NCBI GenBank assembly: GCA_963755715.1
Contig: CAVWLW010000074.1
Coordinates: 96,001 to 160,000, forward strand
From: an uncultured delta proteobacterium
GTDB lineage: Bacteria > Desulfobacterota > Binatia > UBA9968
DNA length: 64,000 nucleotides
Reading direction: 5' to 3'
In this document: piece by piece, positions 20,534-30,794 of the stretch
Layout: each line of letters opens with the position of its first letter
Position numbering within the stretch: the stretch's first letter is position 1
The notes under the pieces: model-generated
The model's database searches: none
What the model saw: only the letters and a program-made list of their open reading frames with translations
Told to the model about the DNA's origin: nothing
Made by a program: the position numbers and the translations under genes

Positions 20534-23131
20534 ATGGAAGAACGCTACCAACCCAAAGCGATCGAGGAAAAGTGGCAGCAACGCTGGGAGGCTCGCCGCG
20601 CATTCACCGCGAGCGAGGATGCGGCAAAGCCCAAGTACTACGTCCTGGAGATGTTTCCTTATCCATCCGGCCGTATTCACATGGGGCACGTGCGCAATTA
20701 CTCCATCGGCGACGTGGTCGCGCGCTACAAGCGCATGCGCGGTTTCAACACGCTCCATCCGATGGGCTGGGACGCCTTCGGCTTGCCGGCTGAAAATGCC
20801 GCCATCGAGCGCGGCGTGCATCCGGAAACGTGGACGCAGGAAAATATTCTCTACATGAAAACCCAGCTCAAACGCATGGGACTTTCCTACGATTGGGAGC
20901 GCGAGCTCGCCACTTGCGAGCCCGAATACTATCGCTGGAATCAATGGATCTTTCTCCAGTTTTTCAAAAAAGGGCTGGCTTATAAAAAGAGCTCCTTCGT
21001 CAACTGGTGTCCGTCGTGCGAGACGGTTTTGGCCAACGAGCAGGTCATCGACGGCCGATGTTGGCGTTGTGATTCGCTGGTCACGCAAAAAGAGCTCGAG
21101 CAATGGTTTTTTCGCATCACGGATTATGCGGAAGAATTGCTGAGCGATTTGGACACGCTGAGCGGCTGGCCCGACAAAGTGCTCACCATGCAGCGCAACT
21201 GGATCGGCAAGTCGGTGGGCGCCGAAATCGATTTTCCCTTGATCGGACATGAAGGGGCGCTGCGCATTTTCACGACGCGACCGGATACGATCTTTGGCGC
21301 GACGTTCGTTTCCCTCGCGATCGAACATCCATTGGCTTTCAAGCTCGCCGTCGGCACGGCGCAAGAAGCCGCGGTGAGAGCATTCATCGAGCGATTTAAG
21401 AATATCAGTCAGACCAACCGGGGCGCAGAGGAAGGAGAAAAGGAAGGCGTGTTCACCGGCGCCTACTGCCTAAATCCGTATACGGGTGAAAACATCCCGA
21501 TCTATCTCGCAAACTTTGTGCTCATGGAATACGGCACCGGCGCGGTCATGGCGGTGCCGGCGCACGATCAAAGAGACTTCGAATTCGCGAAAAAATATGA
21601 TCTGCCGATTCGCGTGGTGATTCAGCCGCGCGACCGCGAGATGCAGTCGACGCCTTTGACCGAAGCCTACGTCGATGAAGGAGTGATGGTCGATAGCGGC
21701 AGTTTTTCCGGCTTGGCGAATACGGTAGGCAAGGAAAAAGTCGCCGCTTACGCCGAGGAAAACGGATGGGGCAAGAAAGCGATTCGCTATCGTTTGCGCG
21801 ATTGGGGCGTGTCGCGCCAGCGTTACTGGGGCACGCCAATACCCATCATCTATTGCGATCGTTGCGGCACGGTGCCTGTGCCGGAGAGTCAATTGCCGGT
21901 GCTGCTCCCGAAAGACGTTCCATTTACCGGCAAGGGCGGTTCGCCGCTCGCCGAAAGCAAACTTTTTTCCGAAGTCGCTTGCCCTCAATGCGGCGGTCCG
22001 GCGCGCCGCGAAACCGACACCATGGACACTTTCGTGGATTCGTCGTGGTATTTTTTGCGTTACACGTCAGCCAGATTTACCGAGGGACCGTTTGACGCCG
22101 AAAAAGCACGCTATTGGATGGCGGTGGATCAGTATATCGGCGGCGTCGAGCACGCGGTTTTGCATCTTCTTTACGCGCGCTTTTTTACCAAGGCGCTGCG
22201 CGATTTGGGCCTGGTCAACGTCGACGAGCCGTTCAGTAACCTCTTGACCCAGGGAATGGTCTCAAAAGAGACTTACCGATGCATTGAGCATAACTGGCTT
22301 TTTCCGGGAGAACTCATCGGCTCGGAAAAAGAAGGCTGGAAGTGTCCCCATTGCGGCCGACCCGTGGAACGCGGCCGGGTGGAGAAAATGTCCAAGTCGA
22401 AGAAAAACATAGTCGACCCGGAGGAATTGATAAATCTTTACGGCGCCGATACCGCGCGTTTGTTTACGCTCTTTGCCGCGCCGCCGGAAAAGGATCTGGA
22501 GTGGAGCGATCAAGGCGTCGAGGGCGCTTATCGTTTTCTCTCCCGCTTGTGGAGATTCATTTATCAAAACCGGCAGTATTGGTTTACCAGCTCAGCCAAT
22601 GGCGACGATAGTCAAGTTTCAACGGAACTGCGCGATCTGCGGCGCGCGATCCACCGAACCATTAAGAAGGTCGGCGACGACATCGACGGACGGTTTCATT
22701 TCAATACGGCGATCGCCGCGATTATGGAACTGTTCAACGCTCTGAGCGCGGCGGCGCAGATGAGACCTGAGTCGAGCGCGGCAAGGCAGGTCGTTAAAGA
22801 AGGGACCGAGGCGATCATTGTGCTGCTGGCGCCGTTTGTCCCGCACGTCGCGAGCGAGCTGTGGGAAGAGTTGGGTCATGGCCAGCACTTGGATCAGGCT
22901 CCGTGGCCGAGTTACTCAGAAGCGGCATTGGCGGAAGAAGAATTGCTGATCGTCGTTCAGGTGAACGGCAAAGTGCGCGGCAAGATCACGGTGCCCGCCG
23001 ACGTGACTCAGGAATATATCGAAACCAATGCGCTGGCCGATCCCAAGGTCCTCGGTTTTCTGGACGGTAAAAATGTCCGGCGGGTGGTTTACGTGCCGCG
23101 CCGCTTGGTCAACATTGTCGTGGAGGGCTAA
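20534..23131 (+). CDS. leuS: leucine--tRNA ligase
   Basis: [32 protein letters not shown] and VQVNGK motifs. Confidence 0.98.
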   Translation: MEERYQPKAIEEKWQQRWEARRAFTASEDAAKPKYYVLEMFPYPSGRIHMGHVRNYSIGDVVARYKRMRGFNTLHPMGWDAFGLPAENAAIERGVHPETWTQENILYMKTQLKRMGLSYDWERELATCEPEYYRWNQWIFLQFFKKGLAYKKSSFVNWCPSCETVLANEQVIDGRCWRCDSLVTQKELEQWFFRITDYAEELLSDLDTLSGWPDKVLTMQRNWIGKSVGAEIDFPLIGHEGALRIFTTRPDTIFGATFVSLAIEHPLAFKLAVGTAQEAAVRAFIERFKNISQTNRGAEEGEKEGVFTGAYCLNPYTGENIPIYLANFVLMEYGTGAVMAVPAHDQRDFEFAKKYDLPIRVVIQPRDREMQSTPLTEAYVDEGVMVDSGSFSGLANTVGKEKVAAYAEENGWGKKAIRYRLRDWGVSRQRYWGTPIPIIYCDRCGTVPVPESQLPVLLPKDVPFTGKGGSPLAESKLFSEVACPQCGGPARRETDTMDTFVDSSWYFLRYTSARFTEGPFDAEKARYWMAVDQYIGGVEHAVLHLLYARFFTKALRDLGLVNVDEPFSNLLTQGMVSKETYRCIEHNWLFPGELIGSEKEGWKCPHCGRPVERGRVEKMSKSKKNIVDPEELINLYGADTARLFTLFAAPPEKDLEWSDQGVEGAYRFLSRLWRFIYQNRQYWFTSSANGDDSQVSTELRDLRRAIHRTIKKVGDDIDGRFHFNTAIAAIMELFNALSAAAQMRPESSAARQVVKEGTEAIIVLLAPFVPHVASELWEELGHGQHLDQAPWPSYSEAALAEEELLIVVQVNGKVRGKITVPADVTQEYIETNALADPKVLGFLDGKNVRRVVYVPRRLVNIVVEG

Positions 23132-23746
23132 ATGATGCGATCCTATTTTTGGCTGTCGCGCTTCGCGGTGTGGTTATTTGCGATGATGACTGTGGCGCCG
23201 CTTGGCGGCTGTGGCTATCAATTTGTCGGCGAGAGCTCTCTATTGCCCAAAGAGGCCCGGACGATCTACGTCGAGCCGTTCGTCAATCGCAGCCGCGATG
23301 TCGGCTTAGACAAGGAGCTGACGACGGCGTTGAGAGGAGAGTTTTATCGTCGTGGTCAACTTAAGATCGTCGATAGCGCCGAGCAAGCGGATGTTATTCT
23401 CAGCGGGGTGATTCGGTCTTTCGCGGACAGCACCGCCTCGGTAAACCGCGACGATGAAGTGCTGCAATACGAGTCCCTGCTCATTATGGATGTCACCTTG
23501 CGGCGTCGCGAGCCCAATGAAATTTTGTGGCGCGGCCAGGGAGTGCGGCTCAATCAAGTGTACGCCGGTTCAAGAGCAGCGGTGGTGACGACTTCCTCGG
23601 CATTTCGCACCGGCACGTTCAACTCAACGGATGTAAGCCAACTGACGGACATTCAGCAGACCGAAGTAGACCGTAGAGCGACCAGAGACCGACTGATGGA
23701 GCAATTCGCCAGGGAACTGCACCAGCGCGTCACCGAAATGTTCTAG
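23132..23746 (+). CDS. lptE: LPS assembly lipoprotein LptE-like
   Basis: Lipobox LGGCGY; TIYVEPFVNRS; canonical position after leuS. Confidence 0.8.
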   Translation: MMRSYFWLSRFAVWLFAMMTVAPLGGCGYQFVGESSLLPKEARTIYVEPFVNRSRDVGLDKELTTALRGEFYRRGQLKIVDSAEQADVILSGVIRSFADSTASVNRDDEVLQYESLLIMDVTLRRREPNEILWRGQGVRLNQVYAGSRAAVVTTSSAFRTGTFNSTDVSQLTDIQQTEVDRRATRDRLMEQFARELHQRVTEMF

Positions 23747-23807
23747 CTGGAAGTGGCTTTCTTCAGGAACCGGCTTGTCGATCAAGTCCTGGGGAAGAGG
23801 ATTTGCT

Positions 23808-24080
23808 TTAGCTGGACGCGCCAAGGCGAAATTCAGCACGGGAGAGTCGAGACAACCAGCGTGATGCGGTATTACTCTTGATAATCCCTTTGCTAACGGC
23901 TTTGCCCAGGGCTTTGTTGACGGCGCGAATTTGCGTCTGAGCCTCGTCGCGATTTTTCGCTTCGACCGACTGCCGCGCTTTTTTGATCAGGGTTCTTAGT
24001 TTCGACTTAATATCGATGTTGCGCGCCCGCTTATTGAGGCTCTGATGATGTCTCTTGATCGCTGACTTGTGAATGGCCAA
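23808..24080 (-). CDS. rpsT: 30S ribosomal protein S20
   Basis: HKSAIKRH...N...KS.LRT..KK; KAVSKGII..NTASR; TTG start with GAGG RBS. Confidence 0.96.
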   Translation of the reverse strand: MAIHKSAIKRHHQSLNKRARNIDIKSKLRTLIKKARQSVEAKNRDEAQTQIRAVNKALGKAVSKGIIKSNTASRWLSRLSRAEFRLGASS

Positions 24081-24882
24081 TGCGTACCTCCGTAAAAATA
24101 ACTAGTGAATCTCTACCATCGTCCTGGTACGGAGTCAACGCGACTTTTGGCTCGTTTTTTCAGTTCCGCTCCACTCAAGAAAGGATTTTATTCAAACGCA
24201 CCCATTGCTTCGCTGATGCCTTCGGCGACCGGAAGAAGAAAGGGTGAGCGACAACGCCCAGGGGGACCGTTGAGCAGGATGACCCGCGGCGCGGCCCCAA
24301 ACGGCGTCGAAAAATTTCGGATTCAACAGTGAACGCCGGTTTACTGCAATTTTACCGATAATTTGCAAGTTAACGAAATTTCAACATTTGTTTGGCTTGG
24401 AAATTAGGCAATTCGCTAGGATCCGCGAGTTTTAGCCTTGCGCGCCGTGGCCCTCATCGGTTATCAACAAGTTATGCACATTTGATGTGGTCTAACCTAG
24501 AAGCTCTTCATCGGCGCCATCAGCGCGTCAAAAACATTTGTGAATTCTTCGCCGTGTGTGCGGCCCTCAAAAGAAATATTTTGCCGATTTTTAGGCCGCG
24601 AACTTTGAAAAATGAGGAGCACTTTGATCAGAAAAAATGAAAAAGAAATCGCCCGCCTGCCGCAAACTGGAAAATTATCTGATAGTCGGTGCGATTGAGA
24701 AAAAACGAAATCGCTAGCGCGTAGCCATACCCACTCGGTGCACAGCCGGCCGATAAAAATCGCGCGTTACGAATCCCGGCAAATCATTAAACATGCTTGA
24801 ATCTTCAATCGACATATGCGATAAAAAATCCTTAACGGACGATGCTTTGTATACGTGTGACGGGAAAGGAGGTGAACTAAGG

Positions 24883-25119
24883 ATGGGAAAGAAACTCGTG
24901 TCATTGTCGGCAATCACCCTCTTCGCTTTTACTCTAACGTTTGTGGGCTGCGGTAAGAAGGAGGAACCAGCTCCGCCTCCACCTCCGCCAGCTCCAGCAG
25001 CGCCACCAGAACCAGCGGCGCCGCCAGCGGGTGATCAGAAAGCGGCTGAACCGATGAAGGATGCAGCACCGGCTCCTGATAAGGCGCCAGAGAAAAAAGA
25101 CGAGGCGAAAACCAAGTAA
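24883..25119 (+). CDS. small Pro/Ala-rich lipoprotein (78 aa, largely disordered)
   Basis: AAGGAGG RBS; signal peptide ending FVGC; PAPPPPPPAPAAPP tract; own terminator. Confidence 0.8.
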   Translation: MGKKLVSLSAITLFAFTLTFVGCGKKEEPAPPPPPPAPAAPPEPAAPPAGDQKAAEPMKDAAPAPDKAPEKKDEAKTK

Positions 25120-25153
25120 GGTTCGCAAACCTTATTGCGGTTTGAAGCAACCG

Positions 25154-25188
25154 AAAAGGGGAAGGGTTTTTGACCTTCCCCTTTTTTT
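25154..25188 (+). terminator. intrinsic terminator
   Basis: AAAAGGGGAAGG...CCTTCCCCTTTT stem followed by a T-run. Confidence 0.85.
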
Positions 25189-25214
25189 GCAATTTCGGGT
25201 TACGGTAGTGGACT

Positions 25215-25943
25215 GTGGCGAGCGCTGCTCAAATGACTCTGACGGAGCATCTGGAGGACCTCCGTTGGTGTTTACTCAAATCGGTCTTAGCCATCATTCT
25301 TGCCTCGACGATCGGCTATTTATTTTCCGATTCGGTATTTAGTTTTATTGTCGCGCCGCTGCGGCAAAGCCTGCAGCCCGGTCAAAATCTGATCGGCACC
25401 AGCGTTACCGAAGCGTTTTTCGTCGAAATCAAAGTCGCGCTCGCCGCCGGCGTTCTCTTCGCGTGCCCGGTCATCTTTTATCAGATTTGGCGTTTTATCG
25501 CCCCCGGGTTATCGAAGAGAGAAAAGAAATGGGTCGTCCCTTTTGTCCTGTGCGCCACGCTGTTTTTTGTCGGCGGATCGTTGTTCTGCTATCGCTTCGT
25601 TTTGCCGGTAGCGTTTAAGTATTTTATCGAACAGTACGAAACTATGGGCGTGAGCCCGGCGATACGGATCGGGGATTATTTCACGTTTTTCTTTCGCATG
25701 GTGTTGGCGTTTGGCGTGACTTTCGAATTGCCGGTCTTTACTTTTTTTTTAGTGCGGGTCGGCGTGTGGGACTACCGTTTCATGCTGCGGTCGTTCCGCT
25801 ACGCCTTGGTGGCGATTTTTATCATCGCCGCAATCTTGACGCCGACTCCGGATGTGATTAATCAATGTCTTTTGGCCGGGCCGATGCTGCTTCTGTATAT
25901 TCTGAGCATCGGGGTGGCCTATGTGTGGCGCAAGAAAGAATGA
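25215..25943 (+). CDS. tatC: twin-arginine translocase subunit TatC
   Basis: EHLEDLR, YQIWRFIAPGL, FELP and AILTPTPD motifs. Confidence 0.96.
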   Translation: MASAAQMTLTEHLEDLRWCLLKSVLAIILASTIGYLFSDSVFSFIVAPLRQSLQPGQNLIGTSVTEAFFVEIKVALAAGVLFACPVIFYQIWRFIAPGLSKREKKWVVPFVLCATLFFVGGSLFCYRFVLPVAFKYFIEQYETMGVSPAIRIGDYFTFFFRMVLAFGVTFELPVFTFFLVRVGVWDYRFMLRSFRYALVAIFIIAAILTPTPDVINQCLLAGPMLLLYILSIGVAYVWRKKE

Positions 25944-25976
25944 ATTTACGACCTGAATCAGGGATGAGGAGGAGTA

Positions 25977-28106
25977 ATGATCTCGTTTGTTATCGCGATT
26001 AGCTGCTTGTCGTTGGCCTTTGCAGTCTATTTGGCCCGCTGGGTGCTTCAGCGGGACATGGGAACGCAAAAGATGCAGGAGATTTCCAACGCGATCAAAG
26101 AGGGCGCCGAAGCGTTCATGTCGCGGCAGAACCGAACGATCATCAGTTTGTCGGTAGCGTTGGCCGTGCTGATCTTTCTCCTCTATGCCTTTGTGCGCAC
26201 GCCGAGCCCAGCCGATCCGGTGCCGCCGGTGGCGATGGCTTTCTGGACCACACTATCGTTTGTCCTGGGCGCTGCCTGTTCCGTGATTGCCGGCTATGTC
26301 GGTATGTGGGTATCCATTCGCTCTAATATCAGGACTGCATCCGCGGTTCGTTCCAGTCTCAATGAGGGCCTTCGGATCGCGATGCGCGGCGGTGCGGTGT
26401 CCGGTTTGTTCGTCGTCGCCATGAGTCTATTGGGAGTCGGCGGCCTCTACGCTTTGCTTGAGTCCCTGGGCCACGATCCGCAAAAGATCCCTTTCACCAT
26501 CGTCGGTTATGGGTTCGGTGCTTCGTTTGTCGCGCTGTTCGCCCAGCTCGGTGGCGGTATTTACACAAAAGCCGCTGACGTGGGCGCCGATCTCGTCGGC
26601 AAAGTTGAGGCCGGCATCCCGGAGGACGATCCGCGTAATCCCGCGGTGATCGCCGACCTGGTCGGCGACAACGTCGGTGACTGCGCCGGCCGCGGCGCCG
26701 ATCTGTTTGAATCCACCGCCGCGGAAAACATCGGCGCGATGATTCTCGGCGTCGGACTCTATCCTTACTTCGGAATCAAAGGGATCGTTTTTCCCTTGGT
26801 CGCCAGGGCCCTGGGGCTGATCGCATCGATCGTCGGTATTATGATCGTCAAGACTGAGGAAAAGGGCGATGCCATGGCGGCTCTCAATCGCGGCTATTAT
26901 GTGACGAGCATTCTCGCGGTTGCCGGGTTTTTCATGACTGCCAAATTGCTGCTCGCGGTCGATGTGACCAAGCATCCTGAAGCTGAGTCCGCGTGGATCT
27001 ATTTCTTCCTCTGTGGCGTCGTCGGCATCCTGATGGCCCAGGCGTTCGTTTACATCACTCAGTATTACACTGAGTATAAATACCGGCCGGTCAGAGAAAT
27101 CGCCGAAGCGTCTAAGACCGGCCCGGCCACTAACATTATTGCCGGCATCGCCGTCGGTCTCGAATGCACGGCGATTCCGGTCTTGGTGATTTCGGTGGCC
27201 ATCATCACCTCGTACTATCTTGGCCTGGCGAGCGGTGTGAAGAATGCCGGCCTGTTCGGCACGGCTGTGGCCACCATGGGTATGTTGGGCACCGCGGCTT
27301 ACATCTTAGCTATGGATACTTTCGGTCCGATCACCGACAACGCCGGCGGTATCGTCGAGATGAGCGGCCAGCCGGAAGAGGTTCGTCAAAAAACCGATCG
27401 TCTCGATGCCGTCGGCAACACCACCAAAGCTCTGACCAAAGGCTACGCCATTGGTTCAGCGGCGCTGGCGGCGTTCTTATTGTTTTCGGCGTACCTCGAC
27501 GAAGTCGCTCACTACGGCCATCCGTTGGAAGTTGTCAACATCGCTAAGCCGGAGGTGTTTGTCGGCGGGTTGCTTGGCGCGATGCTGGTTTTTCTATTCT
27601 CGTCTTTCGCGATTCGCGCCGTCGGTAAAGCCGCTTACTATGTTATCAACGAAGTGCGCCGGCAGTTCAGAGAAAATCCCGGCATTCTCCAAGGTACAGT
27701 GAAACCGGATTACCGCCGCTGCGTCGATATCGTCACTGTCGGCGCGCTCAAGCAGATGATCGTTCCCGGCCTTCTCGCAGTCACCATGCCGGTCGCCGTC
27801 GGTCTCGTTTTCCGTATGTTCGGCATCGGTGCGGAAGCGGTGGCGGCATTCTTGATGGTCGGCACGATCGCTGGCATCTTGATGGCAACGTTCTTCAATA
27901 ACAGCGGTGGCGCTTGGGACAACGCCAAGAAGTTCATCGAGAGCGGGCAGTACGAAGGCGGCGGCAAAGGTTCCGATCCGCACAAGGCCGCAGTCGTGGG
28001 CGATACCTTGGGCGATCCGTTCAAAGACACCGCCGGCCCGAGCTTGCATGTCTTGATCAAGCTGTTGGCGACGATCACGCTGGTCTTGGCGCCGTTGTTC
28101 GTTTGA
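25977..28106 (+). CDS. hppA: membrane H+-translocating pyrophosphatase, K+-independent type
   Basis: GGIYTKAADVGADLVGKVE, EDDPRNPAVIADLVGDNVGD; GNTTKA has Lys at the K+-dependence position. Confidence 0.95.
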   Translation: MISFVIAISCLSLAFAVYLARWVLQRDMGTQKMQEISNAIKEGAEAFMSRQNRTIISLSVALAVLIFLLYAFVRTPSPADPVPPVAMAFWTTLSFVLGAACSVIAGYVGMWVSIRSNIRTASAVRSSLNEGLRIAMRGGAVSGLFVVAMSLLGVGGLYALLESLGHDPQKIPFTIVGYGFGASFVALFAQLGGGIYTKAADVGADLVGKVEAGIPEDDPRNPAVIADLVGDNVGDCAGRGADLFESTAAENIGAMILGVGLYPYFGIKGIVFPLVARALGLIASIVGIMIVKTEEKGDAMAALNRGYYVTSILAVAGFFMTAKLLLAVDVTKHPEAESAWIYFFLCGVVGILMAQAFVYITQYYTEYKYRPVREIAEASKTGPATNIIAGIAVGLECTAIPVLVISVAIITSYYLGLASGVKNAGLFGTAVATMGMLGTAAYILAMDTFGPITDNAGGIVEMSGQPEEVRQKTDRLDAVGNTTKALTKGYAIGSAALAAFLLFSAYLDEVAHYGHPLEVVNIAKPEVFVGGLLGAMLVFLFSSFAIRAVGKAAYYVINEVRRQFRENPGILQGTVKPDYRRCVDIVTVGALKQMIVPGLLAVTMPVAVGLVFRMFGIGAEAVAAFLMVGTIAGILMATFFNNSGGAWDNAKKFIESGQYEGGGKGSDPHKAAVVGDTLGDPFKDTAGPSLHVLIKLLATITLVLAPLFV

Positions 28107-28124
28107 TTGCGATTCGCCGACTGC

Positions 28125-28160
28125 GAGGGCCTCTCCACCCGGAGGGGCCTTCACATTTTC
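28125..28160 (+). terminator. hairpin/terminator after hppA
   Basis: GAGGGCCTCTCC-ACCC-GGAGGGGCCTTC stem-loop. Confidence 0.6.
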
Positions 28161-28205
28161 CGGCATAAAAGTTTGTGCTAAAAATTAGTCTGCTACTCCG
28201 TTCCT

Positions 28206-28249
28206 CGCCCGGATGGTGGAATAGGTAGACGCAAGGAACGTAAAAATCC
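28206..28249 (+). repeat. displaced 5' fragment of tRNA-Leu (att junction, left)
   Basis: CGCCCGGATGGTGGAATAGGTAGAC (25 bp) identical to 31096-31120, then a degenerate anticodon-arm match. Confidence 0.92.
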
Positions 28250-28280
28250 GGGCAGTGCGAAAAATCGAATACTGCATGGG

Positions 28281-28315
28281 AAACGGGGAGTTAAGCCAAC
28301 TCCCCGTTTTTATTT
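28281..28315 (+). terminator. intrinsic terminator just inside the element
   Basis: AAACGGGGAGTT-AAGCC-AACTCCCCGTTT followed by TTATTT. Confidence 0.85.
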
Positions 28316-28387
28316 AATCTTTCCATACTATCTCGGATTGTGCTAAACGTTCAGATTGTCCACATCGGGCGCATTCTTCACCGAATT

Positions 28388-28406
28388 TGTTTACAGGGTG
28401 TTTACA
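28388..28406 (+). repeat. candidate integrase arm-type sites (left)
   Basis: TGTTTACA-GGG-TGTTTACA, 11-bp period; matching pair at 31028-31046. Confidence 0.7.
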
Positions 28407-28485
28407 TAGATGGCGGCAACCGAGTTTGCTCCATCTATTCAGGTTTTTATTTACCCGGCGAAACTAACCTTCGCGCGATGGCAAA

Positions 28486-28659
28486 ATGCCTGACAACAAA
28501 CCCAACGAAATAAGCCTTGCGTTACTGAACGAGCGCATGGATCAGTTGACGCGCAAGATCGGGATATTGGATCACGACGATCCGCGCCGCGCGAAGATCT
28601 TCAAAGAGATGCTACGGCTCAATGATTTGGCGAGGGAGATGAAAAAAGATGGCAAATAA
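28486..28659 (+). CDS. small hypothetical protein (57 aa, helical)
   Basis: Own translation: MPDNKPNEISLALLNERMDQLTRKIGILDHDDPRRAKIFKEMLRLNDLAREMKKDGK; below the ORF-track cutoff. Confidence 0.45.
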   Translation: MPDNKPNEISLALLNERMDQLTRKIGILDHDDPRRAKIFKEMLRLNDLAREMKKDGK

Positions 28660-28750
28660 CGAAATCGAAGCGGCGACCCCTTCCCCTGCCTGAAACACCG
28701 CCGTTTTATCAGCGCTCAGAGGAGCTGAAGCAGCTCATGTGTCGGCCTCT

Positions 28751-28984
28751 TCATGTGAAGACGCACTCACTTTCAAATCGATGAAATTCCTTCTCTGGCA
28801 CACCAAACTTTCGTAGGACCAATCGCAATTTCTTGCTCCAACGTTCGGCAGTTTCGTGTTGGGCTTTGTGGCTCACGATCAAACAAATATAAGCGCAGAC
28901 AGTCTTGGAGTGGCCATTGACAAGCCGTTTAGGAAAGTGCTCGGCCCAGCTCCGCTCTATATCCGTTTCCTCGATCGGGTTCAT
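28751..28984 (-). CDS. hypothetical protein
   Basis: 77-aa ORF, ATG start, co-oriented with neighbouring island ORFs. Confidence 0.45.
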   Translation of the reverse strand: MNPIEETDIERSWAEHFPKRLVNGHSKTVCAYICLIVSHKAQHETAERWSKKLRLVLRKFGVPEKEFHRFESECVFT

Positions 28985-29024
28985 TGCTAGTCTAATTATT
29001 CCAGAGCGTGACTATAGGCAAAGC

Positions 29025-29246
29025 TTAGAAACAAGAGCCGTAACGTTCTACGTATTTAGGATCAGCGAACATACACGAATCACACACGTACTGTTCGTTC
29101 TCGCGCCGGTACTCTTCCCACTTTGTCATGTCATAAAAGCCAGCGGTAAACTGTTCACCTCGAATCCCCTCAACGATTTGTTTGCAGCGGTCACAGAGAA
29201 CTTTAATTGTTTTGATTCGAGAGTGCGAAGAGGCTTTAACTGACAT
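29025..29246 (-). CDS. small putative zinc-binding protein
   Basis: CDRC...CDSC pair; GAAGGAGA RBS. Confidence 0.7.
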   Translation of the reverse strand: MSVKASSHSRIKTIKVLCDRCKQIVEGIRGEQFTAGFYDMTKWEEYRRENEQYVCDSCMFADPKYVERYGSCF

Positions 29247-29350
29247 GCACTGTCTCCTTCCTTCCCGCTACCGTAAAGCAGGCCGGGGTCTCGCTACCTG
29301 GACGTGGAGAAACACGGCTTGGCCTGCGACCGCCCGCCTTCAATGTGCGA

Positions 29351-29536
29351 TTATCCGTGCCCCGGCCCGGTTCTTTTTATGGTTGCCTTGTATTGCAGAA
29401 CCCGGAGCGACAACCAAGCGAGTTCTGCCGGATCATCGGTCCATGAAATCCGCTCGCTTTTGTTATTGACTACGACCCAGGCGCACAGTTTGTTGACATA
29501 CGCCAATACTGGCCGGTCGTTTAACCAGCGGTCCAT
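29351..29536 (-). CDS. hypothetical protein (61 aa)
   Basis: AAGGAGA RBS upstream of ATG; no recognised motif. Confidence 0.4.
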   Translation of the reverse strand: MDRWLNDRPVLAYVNKLCAWVVVNNKSERISWTDDPAELAWLSLRVLQYKATIKRTGPGHG

Positions 29537-29622
29537 TCCGCGTTCTCCTTGGATGTTAAGCCCGTTGTAAAGTGGAACGCGAAAAAAGAAAGAAAGCCGA
29601 TTGCCGGTTGAACGCTAATCGA

Positions 29623-30306
29623 TTAATTGTCTAGCCGCTGACGTTTTCTTAGAAACGGAAGACCGCCGAAGCCCACCGCGAATAAAAGAAGCGAAGCAGG
29701 CTCCGGAACTGCCGCAGTTGGCGATCCTGAAGGTGTAAAGCTCAGGTTCGCGATCTGGCCGGTTACAGTTCTCGTATCACCAAACTGAGATGCTGCAGTA
29801 TAGGACGCTGGATCATTAACCGAGATATCGAATGCGCCGGTACCGAGCGCATTGGAATAAGACAGATGCTGAGCGGCGTTGGCGAAGTCGATCGTTAGCA
29901 GACTACCGCTGCCAATGTTATTTGAATTGCCACTGCGCAAAATCGTCCCGAAGATATCAGCTGTAAAAAGCGCCGGGCTTCCGGACACGACCGGATCGGT
30001 AAATGTAATTCTCAAAGTGAAGTCAGTAATGCCGTCTTGACTCCCGAACGGCTCTTCGCAGCCTCTGCTTCCGCATACATTGAGGGTAAAAGTTCCGAGA
30101 TTTGTCAGGCTCGTCGGACCAGGACCGATCGGCACGTCGATATTTACAAAGCTGGCGCCTGTGTAGGTTAGGAAGGTGTCGATAGTTGTCGGCGAACTCG
30201 TATTAGTGTTTCCCGTGAACAAAATCGCTTGCGCTGTTCCGATAATGCCCAGCGCTCCAGCAAGTAGAGTCGCTAAAAAAACAAAACTCAGCATGTTTCT
30301 CTTCAT
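29623..30306 (-). CDS. PEP-CTERM sorting-domain surface protein
   Basis: Signal peptide (..GTAQA), Ser/Thr/Gly-rich beta domain, VPEPASLLLFAVGFGGLPFLRKRQR C-terminus. Confidence 0.93.
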   Translation of the reverse strand: MKRNMLSFVFLATLLAGALGIIGTAQAILFTGNTNTSSPTTIDTFLTYTGASFVNIDVPIGPGPTSLTNLGTFTLNVCGSRGCEEPFGSQDGITDFTLRITFTDPVVSGSPALFTADIFGTILRSGNSNNIGSGSLLTIDFANAAQHLSYSNALGTGAFDISVNDPASYTAASQFGDTRTVTGQIANLSFTPSGSPTAAVPEPASLLLFAVGFGGLPFLRKRQRLDN

Positions 30307-30351
30307 TTCTTTGCCCCGCTCGGAGAACTTCAAGATGATTTACCTCGGTAG

Positions 30352-30367
30352 AGCAATTGTTAGACCG
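30352..30367 (-). promoter_or_regulatory. sigma54 (-24/-12) promoter of the PEP-CTERM gene
   Basis: Minus strand CGGTCTAACAATTGCT = GG-N10-GC; near-palindrome TGTAAA-N5-TTTACG at 30421-30437 as candidate enhancer. Confidence 0.6.
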
Positions 30368-30635
30368 TTTTCAGATCTGATTGACTTTGTTGCATTTGAT
30401 CATGCGAAATGGGCTTTAGTTGTAAACAAGATTTACGGGATTCGAAGCGGGGTTAGTGCCCTCCGAATATTTCGATCTTTTTCAGTGTCAATATTGTCGG
30501 AATCTGTGACACCGCGGCGGCAGATTGACGTCGGTAGGATTATGCGTCTTTGGAAAGACGAGCGGCTGGCCCAATGCCCATTCGGTAGATCCCTTCTTTG
30601 TTTTTTTGCCATTGGACATGCCATCCGGTTGGTAG

Positions 30636-30775
30636 TGTCGCTGCATTGCGGCACGAAGCAATTTCAATGCGAAAGGCTTGTGCATTATTGCTCGATCGAC
30701 AAGCGATCCGTAGGAAAGGCGGTAGTTACGATCACGGGTATGTTGCGCGTCGACGGATCCGCTTTGAGCCGCCCT
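30636..30775 (-). pseudogene. C-terminal remnant of a response-regulator receiver domain
   Basis: RLKADPSTRNIPVIVTTAF, then HKPF..KLLRAAMQRH after a frame break; N-terminus missing. Confidence 0.7.
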
Positions 30776-30794
30776 CGTGCTACTAGCTTTCTGT

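Noticed and set aside
20294-21364. Long antisense ORFs (this one and those opposite glyA, the TPP gene, folD and others)
   Set aside because: Shadow ORFs expected from GC-rich codon usage opposite well-supported genes.
22260-22400. Cys/His insert before KMSKS in LeuS as a novel domain
   Set aside because: Lies in the variable leucine-specific region; Zn-ribbon variants there are not unusual.
24081-24882. Replication origin
   Set aside because: Only two DnaA-box-like sites, no dnaA/dnaN and no strand switch; kept only as a low-interest finding.
28206-28260. Second functional tRNA or split/intron-containing tRNA-Leu
   Set aside because: Anticodon arm is disrupted and there is no T-arm or acceptor 3' strand; the downstream copy is complete by itself.
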